From positions 2,632,462 through 2,696,461 of the forward strand of contig NW_002060943.1 of the NCBI RefSeq assembly GCF_000150275.1: a DNA stretch of 64,000 nt. The letters are read 5' to 3'. A program made the position numbers and the translations under genes. The first letter of the stretch is position 1, and every line of letters starts with the position of its first letter. The notes under the pieces were generated by a model that had not been told where the DNA came from, made no database searches, and was given only the letters and a program-made list of their open reading frames with translations. This document shows, in pieces, positions 1 to 12,700 of this stretch. This DNA is from Trichoplax adhaerens (taxonomy: Eukaryota; Animalia; Placozoa).

Positions 1-70
1 CATATAGAATACAGTAGAGTACAATGATTATCATCAGGACATTTAGAATATCATGATTGCAGTTAGTAAG

Positions 71-1234
71 CTAAATGGATGTATTTGACAATTTTTCGGT
101 CAATTCATCAGCTGGTAACGAATCAACAAAGTTCATGTAATGCTGGTAAGGACGTTTAGCGACTAAATTGCAAAAATCTTGATCATTTTTAGTTATAAAA
201 GAGCCCAATGAAGGCTGATATGGTCCTTCCCATAAGCGAAGATGTTTAAGATAGGCTATTCTATTGTATAAGCGTTTAGTGGAGTAGCCTAATGCAGATG
301 GACAGTTATGAATTTGTTCCAGATCGATCTTGAGATGATCACGTAAGAGGGCAAATTTGATTTTCATCGACTTGACAGTATAACCAAGGCATGGAGGATT
401 GATCCAAATAATTCGACGTGGGCTACCACCACCATAACCTACTTCAACTAGCCAATGTACTTTTTCCTCTAATTTATTGATATTGGTGACAAAGATGGAG
501 GGATAACGTAGTAATAGGCTAACAATTTCACTACGATCGAAACCTAACCTTTCCAGCCAAACGATTTTAAAGCTGAAACCACTACTAGTCGCATAGAGAA
601 GACGAGGTTGGCGTTTAATCAATGTCAATACTGTTGCAGGATTCATACCAATTTCAGCGATACAATTAATGCGTTCTTCAATAGTACCTTTACGTGAGAT
701 TAAAAAGTAGGGATATTTACGAATAATTTGCTTGACAGCAGCATCATTCTTAAAGAAGTGATATAAATAATGGATCTTGGGAAGGATATTGCTTTTCACA
801 TCATAAGCTAACAAGCGTGGAAATTTAACAGCTGTACTACGGACCCAATCCATATCCAGATATTCCTTACCCCAAAATTCAATTCTTTCAATTAATAGTT
901 TTTTCTCCATGACTACAATAAATGGCCACATAGTAAATATTTTATTGAGCCCTGCGGTCTGGAAACCGAACGATTGTAAACATTGTATGCTATCACAAGT
1001 GTAGTCCAAACTCCATTCTCGACTACCGCTGGCGAGTAATTTCTTGGCCACCGATTTTTTCAGCTGTAATCCTGTCTTTTCTAGTACATTGTTGATGAAG
1101 ATATCATCACTAAATTCATTGCAGAGAATAACATTAATATTAAAGCAACGATATTGCATCGGTAATGTTAGCCTAGGTAAAGTCTTGATAGGCGTTGAAA
1201 ATTTGCTTGCAATCTTCCAAATTAGCGACGCCAT
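71..1234 (-). CDS. Mitochondrial transcription termination factor (mTERF) family protein, single exon, ~387 aa
   Basis: Long uninterrupted ORF. First true ATG is at 1234 (MASLIWKIASKF, a basic, acid-free, presequence-like N-terminus). It has tandem ~32-35 aa mTERF repeats: KFPRLLAYDVKSNILPKIHYL, KYPYFLI...EERINCIAEIG, RQPRLL...IVWLERLG, RYPSIF...EKVHWLVEVG, NCPSALGYSTKRLYNRIAYL. It ends with the typical ITKNDQDFC. Subfamily not assigned. Confidence 0.92.
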   Translation of the reverse strand: MASLIWKIASKFSTPIKTLPRLTLPMQYRCFNINVILCNEFSDDIFINNVLEKTGLQLKKSVAKKLLASGSREWSLDYTCDSIQCLQSFGFQTAGLNKIFTMWPFIVVMEKKLLIERIEFWGKEYLDMDWVRSTAVKFPRLLAYDVKSNILPKIHYLYHFFKNDAAVKQIIRKYPYFLISRKGTIEERINCIAEIGMNPATVLTLIKRQPRLLYATSSGFSFKIVWLERLGFDRSEIVSLLLRYPSIFVTNINKLEEKVHWLVEVGYGGGSPRRIIWINPPCLGYTVKSMKIKFALLRDHLKIDLEQIHNCPSALGYSTKRLYNRIAYLKHLRLWEGPYQPSLGSFITKNDQDFCNLVAKRPYQHYMNFVDSLPADELTEKLSNTSI

Positions 1235-1287
1235 GTTGTCAAAGCTATTCCCAATCAACTGATTAGAGTCACGTAGAGAGCCGCCCT

Positions 1288-1974
1288 ATACTGTACCGTA
1301 CGGTACTCTACTGGACCGTATTGAACGGTACCGAACCTTACCGCGCCGTACTGAACCGCGCCGAACTGTACTGGTCCGCGCTGGTCCAGATCGAACTGTA
1401 CTGAACTAAACTAAACTAAACTAAACTGGACTTGTCTAGGTCATACAAACACAATACAGTATTAGACCTGACAGTAGTGCCAACCATATCAACACCATCC
1501 AGATCGAACCGCCCTGAACCGTACCGCACTGGACTGGTCCGCGCTGATCCATATCGCACTGAACTGCACTGAACTGCACTGCACTGAACTGCACTGCACT
1601 GTACTGAACTGCACTACACTGAACTGCACTACACTGAACTGCACTGAACTGAACTGAACTGAACTGAACTGCACTGAACTGCACTGAACTGCACTGAACT
1701 GAACTGAACTGATCTGCACTGATCTGCACTGCACTGAACTGAACTGCACTGAACTGCACTAAACTAAACTGAACTCAACTAAACTAAACTAAACTAAACT
1801 AAACTAAACTAAACTAAACTAGACTAAACTAAACTAGACTAAACTAAACTAGACTAAACTAAACTGAACTAAACTGAACTAAACTGAACTAAACTGAACT
1901 AAACTGAACTAAACTAAACTAAACTAAACTGAACTTGTCTATGTCATACAAACACCGTATTAGACCTGACAGTA
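1288..1974. repeat. Pentanucleotide satellite (ACTGA/ACTGC/ACTAA variants) inside a duplicated unit
   Basis: Degenerate 5-mers from ~1288, near-perfect ACTGA/ACTGC at ~1558-1760 and ACTAA at ~1760-1930. A ~45-bp unique tail (CTTGTCTA(G/T)GTCATACAAACAC...GTATTAGACCTGACAGTA) occurs twice, at ~1431-1476 and ~1934-1974. Confidence 0.95.
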
Positions 1975-4194
1975 TACAAAGGTGCAGCGAGAGACAGTGA
2001 TTGTTGTTGGTTTCTATATGCAATGATACAGTACTGAGAATGGCGTATGTTGCTGGTCATTTCAAGTGTATTGTATATCTGCAATGGGTACACTATGGTC
2101 GTCCACGATTGTTGCGCAAAATGAGCTGCTCAACTCCATACGCACTGGTGCTTTCCACTGAATGTCATCGTAAACACCGAGTTGGATTTTTGCAGCAGAT
2201 GGGCAAATTGTCAGATGGCACAGCCAAGAGACTCAAGTGAGAGCTTTGATTGTGGCTGTAGGTGCCTTTCTGTGTTTGCAATTCCATCTGACGACGGAGA
2301 ACGTTTTCATGCGTTCAATTGCTTATGAATCATACCAAATTCAAGGATGGCTAAGCAATATTGACAAGAAAGAGAGTGACTACAAGTGGCTGTTGACTGC
2401 AAAATACTGTTACTTTCAATACATTACTGTACTATACTCTCAGTCTCTAGTAGACGTTGAAATATACAGACCTAGGAACGTCTCAGAACATTGCTGTTTG
2501 CGATATTAAAATCTCCAGAACATGATCTTACTGCATACAAAATTTGGAAATAAAGTTTGGACGCATCTGTCATACAGAACTAAATAAGATGTGTCCAGAC
2601 TTTCCGGACACCCTGCACAGTACTGGAATGTCGAGGCCAAAGACAAATTCTCTCTTAGTTATCATAGAGTTGTAGATACCTCTACTAGTCTACGCTTGGC
2701 ACTATCATTTTTTCAGTCTTTCTTGACATGCAATACAGTTAAAATGACCAGTCAAATATTCGGCTGCACATTTTTACTATGATGAAGAATCCTTTCCTGC
2801 CCCTCTCTTTGTACTATTGTTGATTCTTTAATGCACTTACTGTAGTGTTCGTCCCCGTTCAAGGCAAGTAAATTACTTTAACGGGCGTTCACTTCAAAAG
2901 AGTACCGAGACTGACTGACTGACTCTTTTTTCTCCTCATTCTACGATAGGCTATCACTAAAACTGTACAGTATACTGTAATAGTTGGCCACGGCAATGGT
3001 TGACAGTAGAGTGCATCATTTTGGACTTGATTTTAGTTGACTTGAATTCACTCTTTCGCCATGTTGTGCGAAATGCTTTACAACAGCTTTATTCTACTTG
3101 GATGTTTACTGGAGTTGACGTCAAGCCGCTGCTTGTCATCCAGTCCCAATGATGGTTGTGCGCAGGTCCAACTTCATTCACTGAGTGGTGAACAACCTAT
3201 TGTGACGTCACACTATTTGAATTTGCAAGCGGCAGTTTAAAGTCGGACTCGAGTGTCAACGTTTGCAAACGTTTTTCTGTCAGGTCAATTGGACAGTACG
3301 CGTCAACAACGACTGAGTCAAGCTACAGTGCTACACACCATCGCTTTGTCTTCGACCATGGACTGCAAAGAGTCTAAATTGTAAACAACCTCTGCAGCGC
3401 TCCATAAGGATTTTCACTGGTGAACGGTTCAGTAAGCTGCAGACAGAGTCATTGCCAGCCAGTGAAATTTTACAATTTTTTTTTTTTTTTCTCTCTCTTT
3501 GAATCCCTTTGATTTTCTTACATTGGTTGCCAATTTAGCCTAATAAGGGAAAGCAATCCAGTTTTAGATTGATTTTTGCAAGTAATTTACCTAGCCTGGT
3601 GTGTTGTAGTCGTCGATTGGCTAAAAAAGAAAGCAGGTAAGGTTCAAAAATGAGCTTGGTTATGCTCGGTTCTCTTTGGCCAACCAAAGCACGCATACAG
3701 CCATGGCAATCATGCCTTGGGCTCGTTGTCCATGGCGTCCTTTCAACTTGATTTTCAATGCATAGCTTTAACCTAACTACAAATAGCCAGACAAATAAAT
3801 TATTGTAATATGTTTTTTTGGGGCAGGTAGACTACGAGGTAGTTTTATCGTTGTCGGTGGAGGAAAATACTTCATCGAGTAACACTGTTGTCGACGACGA
3901 CGACAAGCGGATTGTGTGACCAAGTGGGATCACAGAGACTTGAAAGCCTTCTACAAAGCAACAACCTTGACCAACATTACATTACAAAGACTGAGACTAG
4001 ATTTGCATTGGCAACGACTGGTATAAGATAGAAGATTGATTCAAGCTAAAAGATTCATTATTATTACAGTAACCTGATAGAATAGAGAGTGGAAGACAAG
4101 CTTAAAAGCACACATCAACTTACACTTTCTCCAAGTTCAAGACATTGCACGTTAGTCACCTACAAGTACCTATTGAAAATCATCAACCTGAACC

Positions 4195-7100
4195 ATGGCA
4201 TCACTAATATTTAGTATGGATAATCGAGATCATGCTTACATCGTCATACGTCAATTATTGTGTAGCCGTCGAATTAAAGTACCCGATGGTGTAATCCAAG
4301 CTAATAGGGTAAGTGAATTAGTACAAACACTTTGAAAGCGTTATATTAGCTTGTCAGAGCCATCCAAACAGGCTGTGCCGTATTTTATAGTCGATCCTGC
4401 TATGCTTTGCATGTAACGGATGTAAATCCTCTGTAACAATGATCGCCAAGAAAGACAGTTAACATACAGACAGATACATTGCTATCTTGATCCCATTCCT
4501 TAAGCAATAGAAGAAGCTTTCTAGATTTTACAATCTACCAACATAACAAGCCTATACCACACTATCGGTAGATGCGCATCCCTGCCATACTTCCATCAAA
4601 GGAGCTGTCAAACAATAGAAATAGTTATCGATCAATCCTATTCGATTGCTTCAAGGTTAATAGTTAGAATTATAAGTAGGATAAAGTGGCAAGATAACCT
4701 ACTCGTAAGTAGCATAAAGTACACCAACTGAACACGATGTAGCCATGTTAGTCAGATTTCTGTCTAAAGTCCATGACCTACAAATGAAAGCTTCTATAAA
4801 CGGACAACCCCTATTGCTCTACCTTATTAACCTTGATACAGTGTATTTAAAAACAGCAAGAAGTGATTGTATAGTCTATTTTGACTGCTAAGCATTTGTC
4901 ATGATTCGCGTATCGTTTATTATTGTAGAATCATAGCCAAGACAACCCTGCTTCAGTTTTAGGATTGCCAGCAACATTGGTCCCATACAAGCAAGATAAT
5001 CAAACGGAACACTATGCCATTCCAACGTAAGTAACTGCAGCATTTTAGAAATTAATTATCGGCAACTACTTTAATGCATAGAATGACGCAATCAAATGCT
5101 ACTCCTACAACAATCGCAGTTTTCATTATTCCTTTACGTGTCGTATGCTTTATATAGTTAACACGAATAGACCTCCAAAAATTTGTTAGTACACTATAAA
5201 GTTAACGAGATATAGATATACATGCACTGATGACCGTCAAAATCATCTGTCTGTCTTAGTTATTCTAACGCTCTACATGTTGTATTACGTACATCTCTCT
5301 AGAAAGTGGGACCAATACCTCACCTATCATGTCACTAGAATTCACTACATGATCAAATTAGTTAATGCAACTGTTGCATATCAGGAAATCATATCAGCAG
5401 TTAAATAAACTACCAGTGTAGCATAATAACACGATTGTAGCTAATTTATAATATTAGTTTCTAACAATTTCTGTTTAAATAATTAGACGCTGATATATGC
5501 AACTTTAATCGAATCAATCTAATCAATTCTATAACTGCAATGTTTCCCAACAGCTTTTTACATCAAACAAGTGAATTTCTACGAAGACATCTTCACACAG
5601 AAGGCCTGTTCAGAAAATCTGGATCACGTTCACGACAAAAAATACTACTGGTAAATAGCTAAAAGCGATGTTTAATTCAATTCGTAATCTCTTCGTAAAA
5701 TTAAATTATGCTTCAAAATACTACAACAACGTACTAGGCACAAATCGGTAAAGTTAACCAGGATTGGAGTGAAGATGCTAATGTGCATGATATTGCTACG
5801 TTATGGAAGCAATTTCTACGTTCCTTGTCCTTTCCTGTATTGCCTCACGAATTTCATGAAGCACTTTTACAATGTGCTTCAATGAAAGCAAGTCGTCTGC
5901 ATCAAATGACAATATTATTACTGTGCTTGTTATTTCCACGGGATAACTTAAACGTTTTGCATTATATTATGAAATTTCTGAAAGATGTTGCTACTCAATC
6001 CGATCAAAATCAAATGGATAGTAATAACTTAGCACTAGTTTTAACGCCAAGTTTAATGCCTGACGTCAGCAATAATGATGATAATAGCGATTTACTATCA
6101 TTACAAACAACCATCATAAAAACTTTAATCGATAATGCCGATAAAATTGGCTTTATACCATCTGACGTACTGGAAGATATCCAACAGCTTAAAGATAAAT
6201 TCACTTTGTTGCCCAATGATGACAAATTTGCAATGAATAAATTTAGTAGTAAGTATTATGCTATTGTTAGTACTTACTAGACAACTGCCTTCGTACGACT
6301 GCTTAATAAATTGCAAATAATACAGTATTCACTAAATAGAGCGTCAGTCGGAATATATCATTTATTTGATTCAAAATCAACACTCTTTAATGCTTAAATA
6401 TGTGTATTACTAAAATTTATCATAGATCAAAAGAAGAGCAAACGTCGTTTAAGAACTCGATCATCGAATGCTCGTCTATGCAGGGCTGGTATTGATCCTC
6501 ATAACAAAAAATGTAAGACTACGGAACAAAACTTGACCTACCGTATGGACTAGTTACTAATAATTCAGCTATTACAACTTAGTTGACTGTGCAGTTTTAG
6601 CGTCAATAAAGGATAATAGAAATAATTACTACAGTACGAAGATATTTCCTAAGCCTTTTCAAATCAAGATTGACTTACAATTGATAATTACTACTAAAGC
6701 TAAATCGAGACAGGCTATATCACCAGACTTTCTAAAGGCCTTAAAGGACGATAATGCTACCAATTCGGTCGTTGGCCCTGTAGTTAGTTTCAATTCCGAA
6801 GCATGTTCCTCTCCATTGTTGGATTCAGCTCAAGGATTAAAAAGAAAACATGATAACAGCAACATGATGAAAGCAACGAAAAAGTTTGTGCTGCATTATG
6901 CTTATATCTCTAAATTTTACTGTGGCTGATTGGAGCCAACTGATTTTTAAGCTTTTCATATATGAACTCTGATTTCATACTATTTGGAATCATTGCTATT
7001 ATTGTAGGCGTGCTGCTTCAGTCATGCAACGTATACACAGTCCTTATGTATCGATGACGTCAAAGCTGCGTGGTCGTTCGTCCAAATTTCCGCAGATACA

Positions 7101-8317
7101 GCAACGTTAGTTACTGTTCAAAGGCATGCTTGGTTTTATGTACTAGATAATATATTATAATGTCGATATTATTTTAATCATAATAGTAATTATAATGGAA
7201 TTCCTTACAATTATTGTAGTATATCTATAGATTAATGTCTTACATATTTGGAATTGCAGTTCCTTCTATGTTTAACAATGAGAATGCAGAACCAGCGTTT
7301 TTACGCTTGGGCCAACAAATTGGTAACTTAACTCCCACAAAAGTAAATACACATCGTCGCCACAAAAGTGCAAGAAGACCAATGTAAGTCAAAATTTACA
7401 TATACCAACTAGTTACATTTTACCACAGATTTAAAAAAGTATTAATATGATTTCGTTGATACGACAATAACAGTTGACACTCGTCAGTACTTTGACCAGA
7501 TTGTATGAATAGATTTACTTCATCGTATATCATTAACATATAGTCTACACTGAAAAGAATTTACTCGACGATAACAAGCTGTATTGCTTTAAATCAACTG
7601 TTGTCATCTATTTTCACTAGGCGTGCAGGATTTGTTGGAAGGATGCCTGTACCTGAGACTTCAACTGATAGCCAACGCCATTCGGTAAAGATTGAAGACG
7701 GATACGAAATTATTAGCAGTGCAGGTAACTTTAGCGTTTTTAACTATTTGATAATCTCATAGGAGTCATTGTATAAAGTGGAATCAACTTTTAAAACTTG
7801 TAAATTCTGTTAGTTTATAAAAAATTAATTGTTACCTAGCTCAGCTAACCACATCTTTTCTATTCTATTATTGATATCATGTACAGTCTAAAAAAAGAGT
7901 GCATTGTTTTTACTCAGTGCTTTGCGCTAAAAAGAAAAGTTATTGAGCTATTAGATGCTATATCTTAAGAATTTGAAAATCCAAGCGATACTTTTAAAGC
8001 AAGACATGAGTATGGATAAGGGATGTCTACGTGTTAAACTATTATTACTATAAGTACTTTTACTTTGTCATTTGATTTTTCCCATTGTTGGGTAAAAAAA
8101 ATGTAGACATAAGTCTAGTTAATCAATTATTCGATTAAAAAGTTTTTAATGATTGTAACTACGAAATATCCGTTAAAAATCGTAATATAATTCAAAACAG
8201 CTTACGAAGAAAATGTCAGCCGTAGATTGTAACTGTGATGATACGATCATTTAATATCGCCTTATGCCATTTGGCTTTCTAGTGTTACCGCACCTTATGA
8301 AACCAAATCAGGAATGA
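4195..8317 (+). CDS. ARHGAP11A: Rho GTPase-activating protein, ARHGAP11-like (multi-exon)
   Basis: Spliced exons 4195-4308, 4929-5026, 5554-5650 and 5738-~6248, plus ~6 small downstream exons to TGA at 8315-8317. The translation includes HLHTEGLFRKSGS (arginine finger), DIATLWKQFLRSLSFPVLPHEFHEALL and NQMDSNNLALVLTPSLM, which closely match the ARHGAP11A RhoGAP domain as I recall it. The 3' exons are less certain. A probable 5'UTR intron has its donor at ~3637. Confidence 0.85.
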
Positions 8318-9772
8318 TGCATTACTGAAGAGCTACGTTATAAGAATTTTGAGTTTAAAAAATGGACTTAATTTTTAAAACTGTGATCGTAATCATATAA
8401 TTTCAATAATACGGTCACTAATACTATTTCTTGCCTATTCTTTGAAGTATTGATAATTAATCAATATACTGCTCTGCAGTTGTAAAATGTTTATACGAAG
8501 TTGTGTATTTGTATGTAATTGACATACCATAATACTGTGTTGTTACCTTGTTTACATTTTGGCACACCTCAATCCATTTATGTTGTATATGATCACATAT
8601 AAAATAAAGCCCAAAGAGTTTATCACCATACTGTCAATAATATAATTATACCTTGGCAACACTTAGCACGCCTGTCATAGCGAATTCAGTTAGGATAAAA
8701 TCATGATCATCCTAGGCTTGGTAATGAATGGGTTTAGAATCTTCTTCGATTCTTGGAAATTTGAGTTATTAAAATTAAGCAAATCTCTAATGTGACATAC
8801 ATATCGCTATAATTAGCACAAGCTACAACAGGTTTCGATGTGGATTACTACGGCAAATAATGCCACAGCCAACCACAATAACGGTAGTTCTTGGAGGGAT
8901 ACTGCATTTCTCCTAATATTCCGACTGTGAAATCAATTTCGAGTTACTATCTAGCTTCAATAGCGACTGTACAGTTCTTTAACCCAATCTTGATACATTT
9001 CAATTATTATAACATATCAGTAATTTGAATAGTTAATGCCCATTCAGCGATAGGTATTCTTAGCCAAGTGCTACTGGCAACAGCTTTTACGTAGAATATG
9101 CACGAAATGAGAAGATATTCAATGTTGTGGCACGCTAGCACACTAAGGACTAACAGCTAATATACGAGCATGTAACATCATCACCAGAATAGTCAGTAAT
9201 ACTCATTCAACAGTTATACATCAAATTGATGCTGTACCGTGCACAGTATAGTAATCTCCGATTAAGAATTTAATATAATCTTTAATATAGGTATCTAAGT
9301 ATTTAACATGCTGAATAAATGCGGATATCATACAATAAAATTACTGCTATTATTGGTAAATGAAGCGATCTAAAATTTGCTTAAAATAAGAATCTAATAA
9401 TCTAAGATTAAGAAAAATTAATTAGCAGCAATTCAGGCTTCCATTCCTTTACAACCTATTCATATGTAATATCGCTAATAACTGTAATATAACTAAGCTA
9501 GTACATCATAAGTGGCTGATTCTATGCTTGTCGCACCAACAAGCAATTATAGAACAAATGTTATTTTGTGGTATTCAATCCTAAAGCAATTGCAGCTCTA
9601 ATACGATATCCATATCAATTTTTTCGCCAAATATTTGATATAAAATTCATTGTTTATAATATCATGATTTTTATCGCCAATAAGGCTATGATATGAAACA
9701 ATTTTAGATTGATGTTAAATTAATTATTGGAATAACTTGGATAACAAGTGCAAACGATGTCGTTTTTCATGA

Positions 9773-12700
9773 CTAGTCTACAACTTCAGAAATATCCATA
9801 TCATTTCTTTGTAACAGCGAATGTAGTAGTGTAGTGAATCTTTCAGAAACCACTGCATTGGAATTCTTCATGTTCTTGTATAATTCGATTCCTTGGTTAA
9901 CATCATTGTTATTGCCTATCAAGAAAAGAAAATTAGAACTTTAATCAACATCTGCTACTTATCGTTTGCATTACAGATAAAAATTGGATAAAGCAATATT
10001 TAGCAAAATATCATACTATAAACAAGGAGTAGCCCTTCGTTAAGATAGGATTGATCCAAAGGAACATGATGACGTTTAGTAAACTCTTGAAGCGTTTGTA
10101 ATATTTCTAAGTTATTGGTTCTCACACAAGTTTTAGCTATCGCTTTAAATCGAGTGATTAAACGACTGGAATTTTCGCCCTTCAAATACTAATACAGATA
10201 GAGAATTAAAAATATTTTATCATACTTAATACTCACATAATCATTTATGATATCAACGATAAGCGATTATATAACTATCATTGCTTAGTCCTATTAACCT
10301 TGTAATAATTATCAGCAACTGCCACTTGGTTTGCAGCTAAATTGGAAGCTAACAATATTTCTTGCATTTCATTATAATCGATATCAAAAATTCTCCGCAT
10401 ATCCTTAACAACTACAAATAGCACAATGTTAGAACTTAAGAACTTGTAATATACGAATTAAATTGAGCAGTAGTGATCGTCACTTACATGTATTAGCAGT
10501 ATCTTGATCATTTTTAGAAATAGCTAACGTTATCATCTGCTCGAAAGACCTAACATATGGTACTTTGTTTTCAGCCAAAGCACAGTCAAGAATCTCTTTT
10601 GCTCGATCAAGGTTTCGACTGCAAAGTGTAGTAATAGCATTACAAATATTACATAACGGATTTAGTAACATCATGTTATTTATTATTATATTAATGCACC
10701 TTTCAGCGAATAATCCAATCAAAATAACGAAACATATCTTTGGTATTTCTACTTGTAAGTCTTTCATTTCCAAGTACAACTTATAAGCATTTTCACAATC
10801 ACCTATCATCAAATATTGATAATTGCTTTACTTCATTGCATTTCCAGTTCAGAAATTTAACATTGAAGGATAATAAATTTGCAGAAGCAAATTTGTATAT
10901 TGTGCTTCACCTCGATTTCTGTAGGCTTTCAACAAAGATGTATAAGCAAATGGTAAAGGAGTGTTCCCTGCGGCTTTAACCTCAGCTAATTTTTCCAAAG
11001 CAGCTGTTAACGTAGATATTATGTCAATTAATTTTTATCCTCAATCTGTACCCTTTATACCCGATTCGATTCAAGTACAATTGTTACTTGTAACGGACTA
11101 TAAAAATTTTACCTTCAATATTCATCTGTGACGCCGCAGCTTCAACATACACATTCATTGTCATAATATCTTTACTTTCACTTTCAATAGATCTATGAAT
11201 TGAATTTTCATAGTTGTATTTACTTCTAGTTTATCATAATATCAGCTTAATTGTACCTTCTCCAATTTACTTACTGCAATGCTGCTGCTTCGTCTCCACG
11301 CCCAGCCCGTTGTAGGGCCGTAATTATCATATGAATAGCCGCAGAAATCGGTCTAAATTTAGTGTAAATTCCAACATTACAAAAAATATACTTCTAGATG
11401 CAATACAAAATACTGAACATTTACTACTAACCTTACAGACTTCTCTACCATTTCATCATAAATTCTTAAAATCTGGTCGAAATTCTAATAACAAAAATTA
11501 AGAAAATTATCGATCTGAAAGTTATGTACAAAATCGCACCTGAGGATTTCATTTTACCTTTGACCCATGATATGCGAATATTAAGTGAGAATAGCTTAGA
11601 TTCGTTAAACCATCTTGAGCCTGTAAAAAGCATACCAATTAATTATAAGCATACTAACTGAACCGTACATTACGTTACATTACAGCCAAAGACATGCCAC
11701 AAAGTCTAACCTTTAACTCATCAAAGCACTTCTGCGCTAAATCTACTTTACCAAGTTTTGCGAGCATCTGACCATCAGAAAAACGCAATGTTAGCATACA
11801 CACGTAGTAGCGATTGTAGAATGTGAAAAAAATCTCAATAATTACAAGTTACTGTTCACTCTACCTTCAAGACAACTCTGTACTGATATTTATCGAGTGA
11901 TAGCTTATGATCTCTCATTATCCTGCCGTACTATAAAGAACGGAAATGCAAAATTAATGAAATAGTAGTCATCTACATATTTTATCTAAAAATTTAATGT
12001 TTTATGGCCAATTTTGCGGATGACACTAATCCCGTTAGTACTAAAAGTGAAGTAAACATAGTTACCCTAAAAAAAGCAGCTTCGTTCATTTTACGGCATA
12101 ATCCACTAAGTACTCTGGTGTGAACAATGGAAGTGACATGTTTTCCCAAACCCTAATAAAACAATTTAAAAATTATATTTAGTCCTAAGTCTTACTGCTG
12201 TCAAAAGCCATTAAAGTATATTCTATGAGCTATCAATCTACCTCTTTTAATAGCGATTCAACCAATTCTTCAGCTTGTGAGGTTTGCTCATTGTTAACGA
12301 AATTCGATACTAACTCTTCAATGATACTATAAACTATAATATCGGTGAGGTTAAATAAATTTTATCGCCTTACATATTATTGTGAGCAAAAAAAGTCATC
12401 CTATGATATTCTTACTTTTCGAATTCAAATCCTCTCTGGAGTTCACCATCTTGATGTACTACGAATTATACGACCATTCAAAACAGCATATCTTTACTAT
12501 ATACTATCAAATTAATGTATCAATCTATCTAAACGATTGCTTACGTTTAAACATCCTTCAGCGTTAAAGAGTCTATTTAGAACGAACAAAAATCATAGAT
12601 CAAACAAATAATCTAAAAAATACGGTCTTGTAGTATTATTGGCATATAGGTTACTTTAATAGTGAAAGTATGGTTGCTGATTGCTTTTCAAGAACTTCTG

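Noticed and set aside
71-1258. ORF-track start at 1258 for mTERF (and 17455 for LRPPRC, 39077 for stonin)
   Set aside because: These are TTG starts from a bacterial-style ORF caller; ATGs at 1234, 17410 and 42831 fit better.
1436-1759. ORFs of QFSAV/VQFSS repeats (1436-1759, 1489-1749)
   Set aside because: They are translations of the pentamer satellite, open in several frames with non-ATG starts.
2001-2782. Three short + strand ORFs between mTERF and ARHGAP11
   Set aside because: Non-ATG starts, no recognisable motifs and no consistent splice chain.
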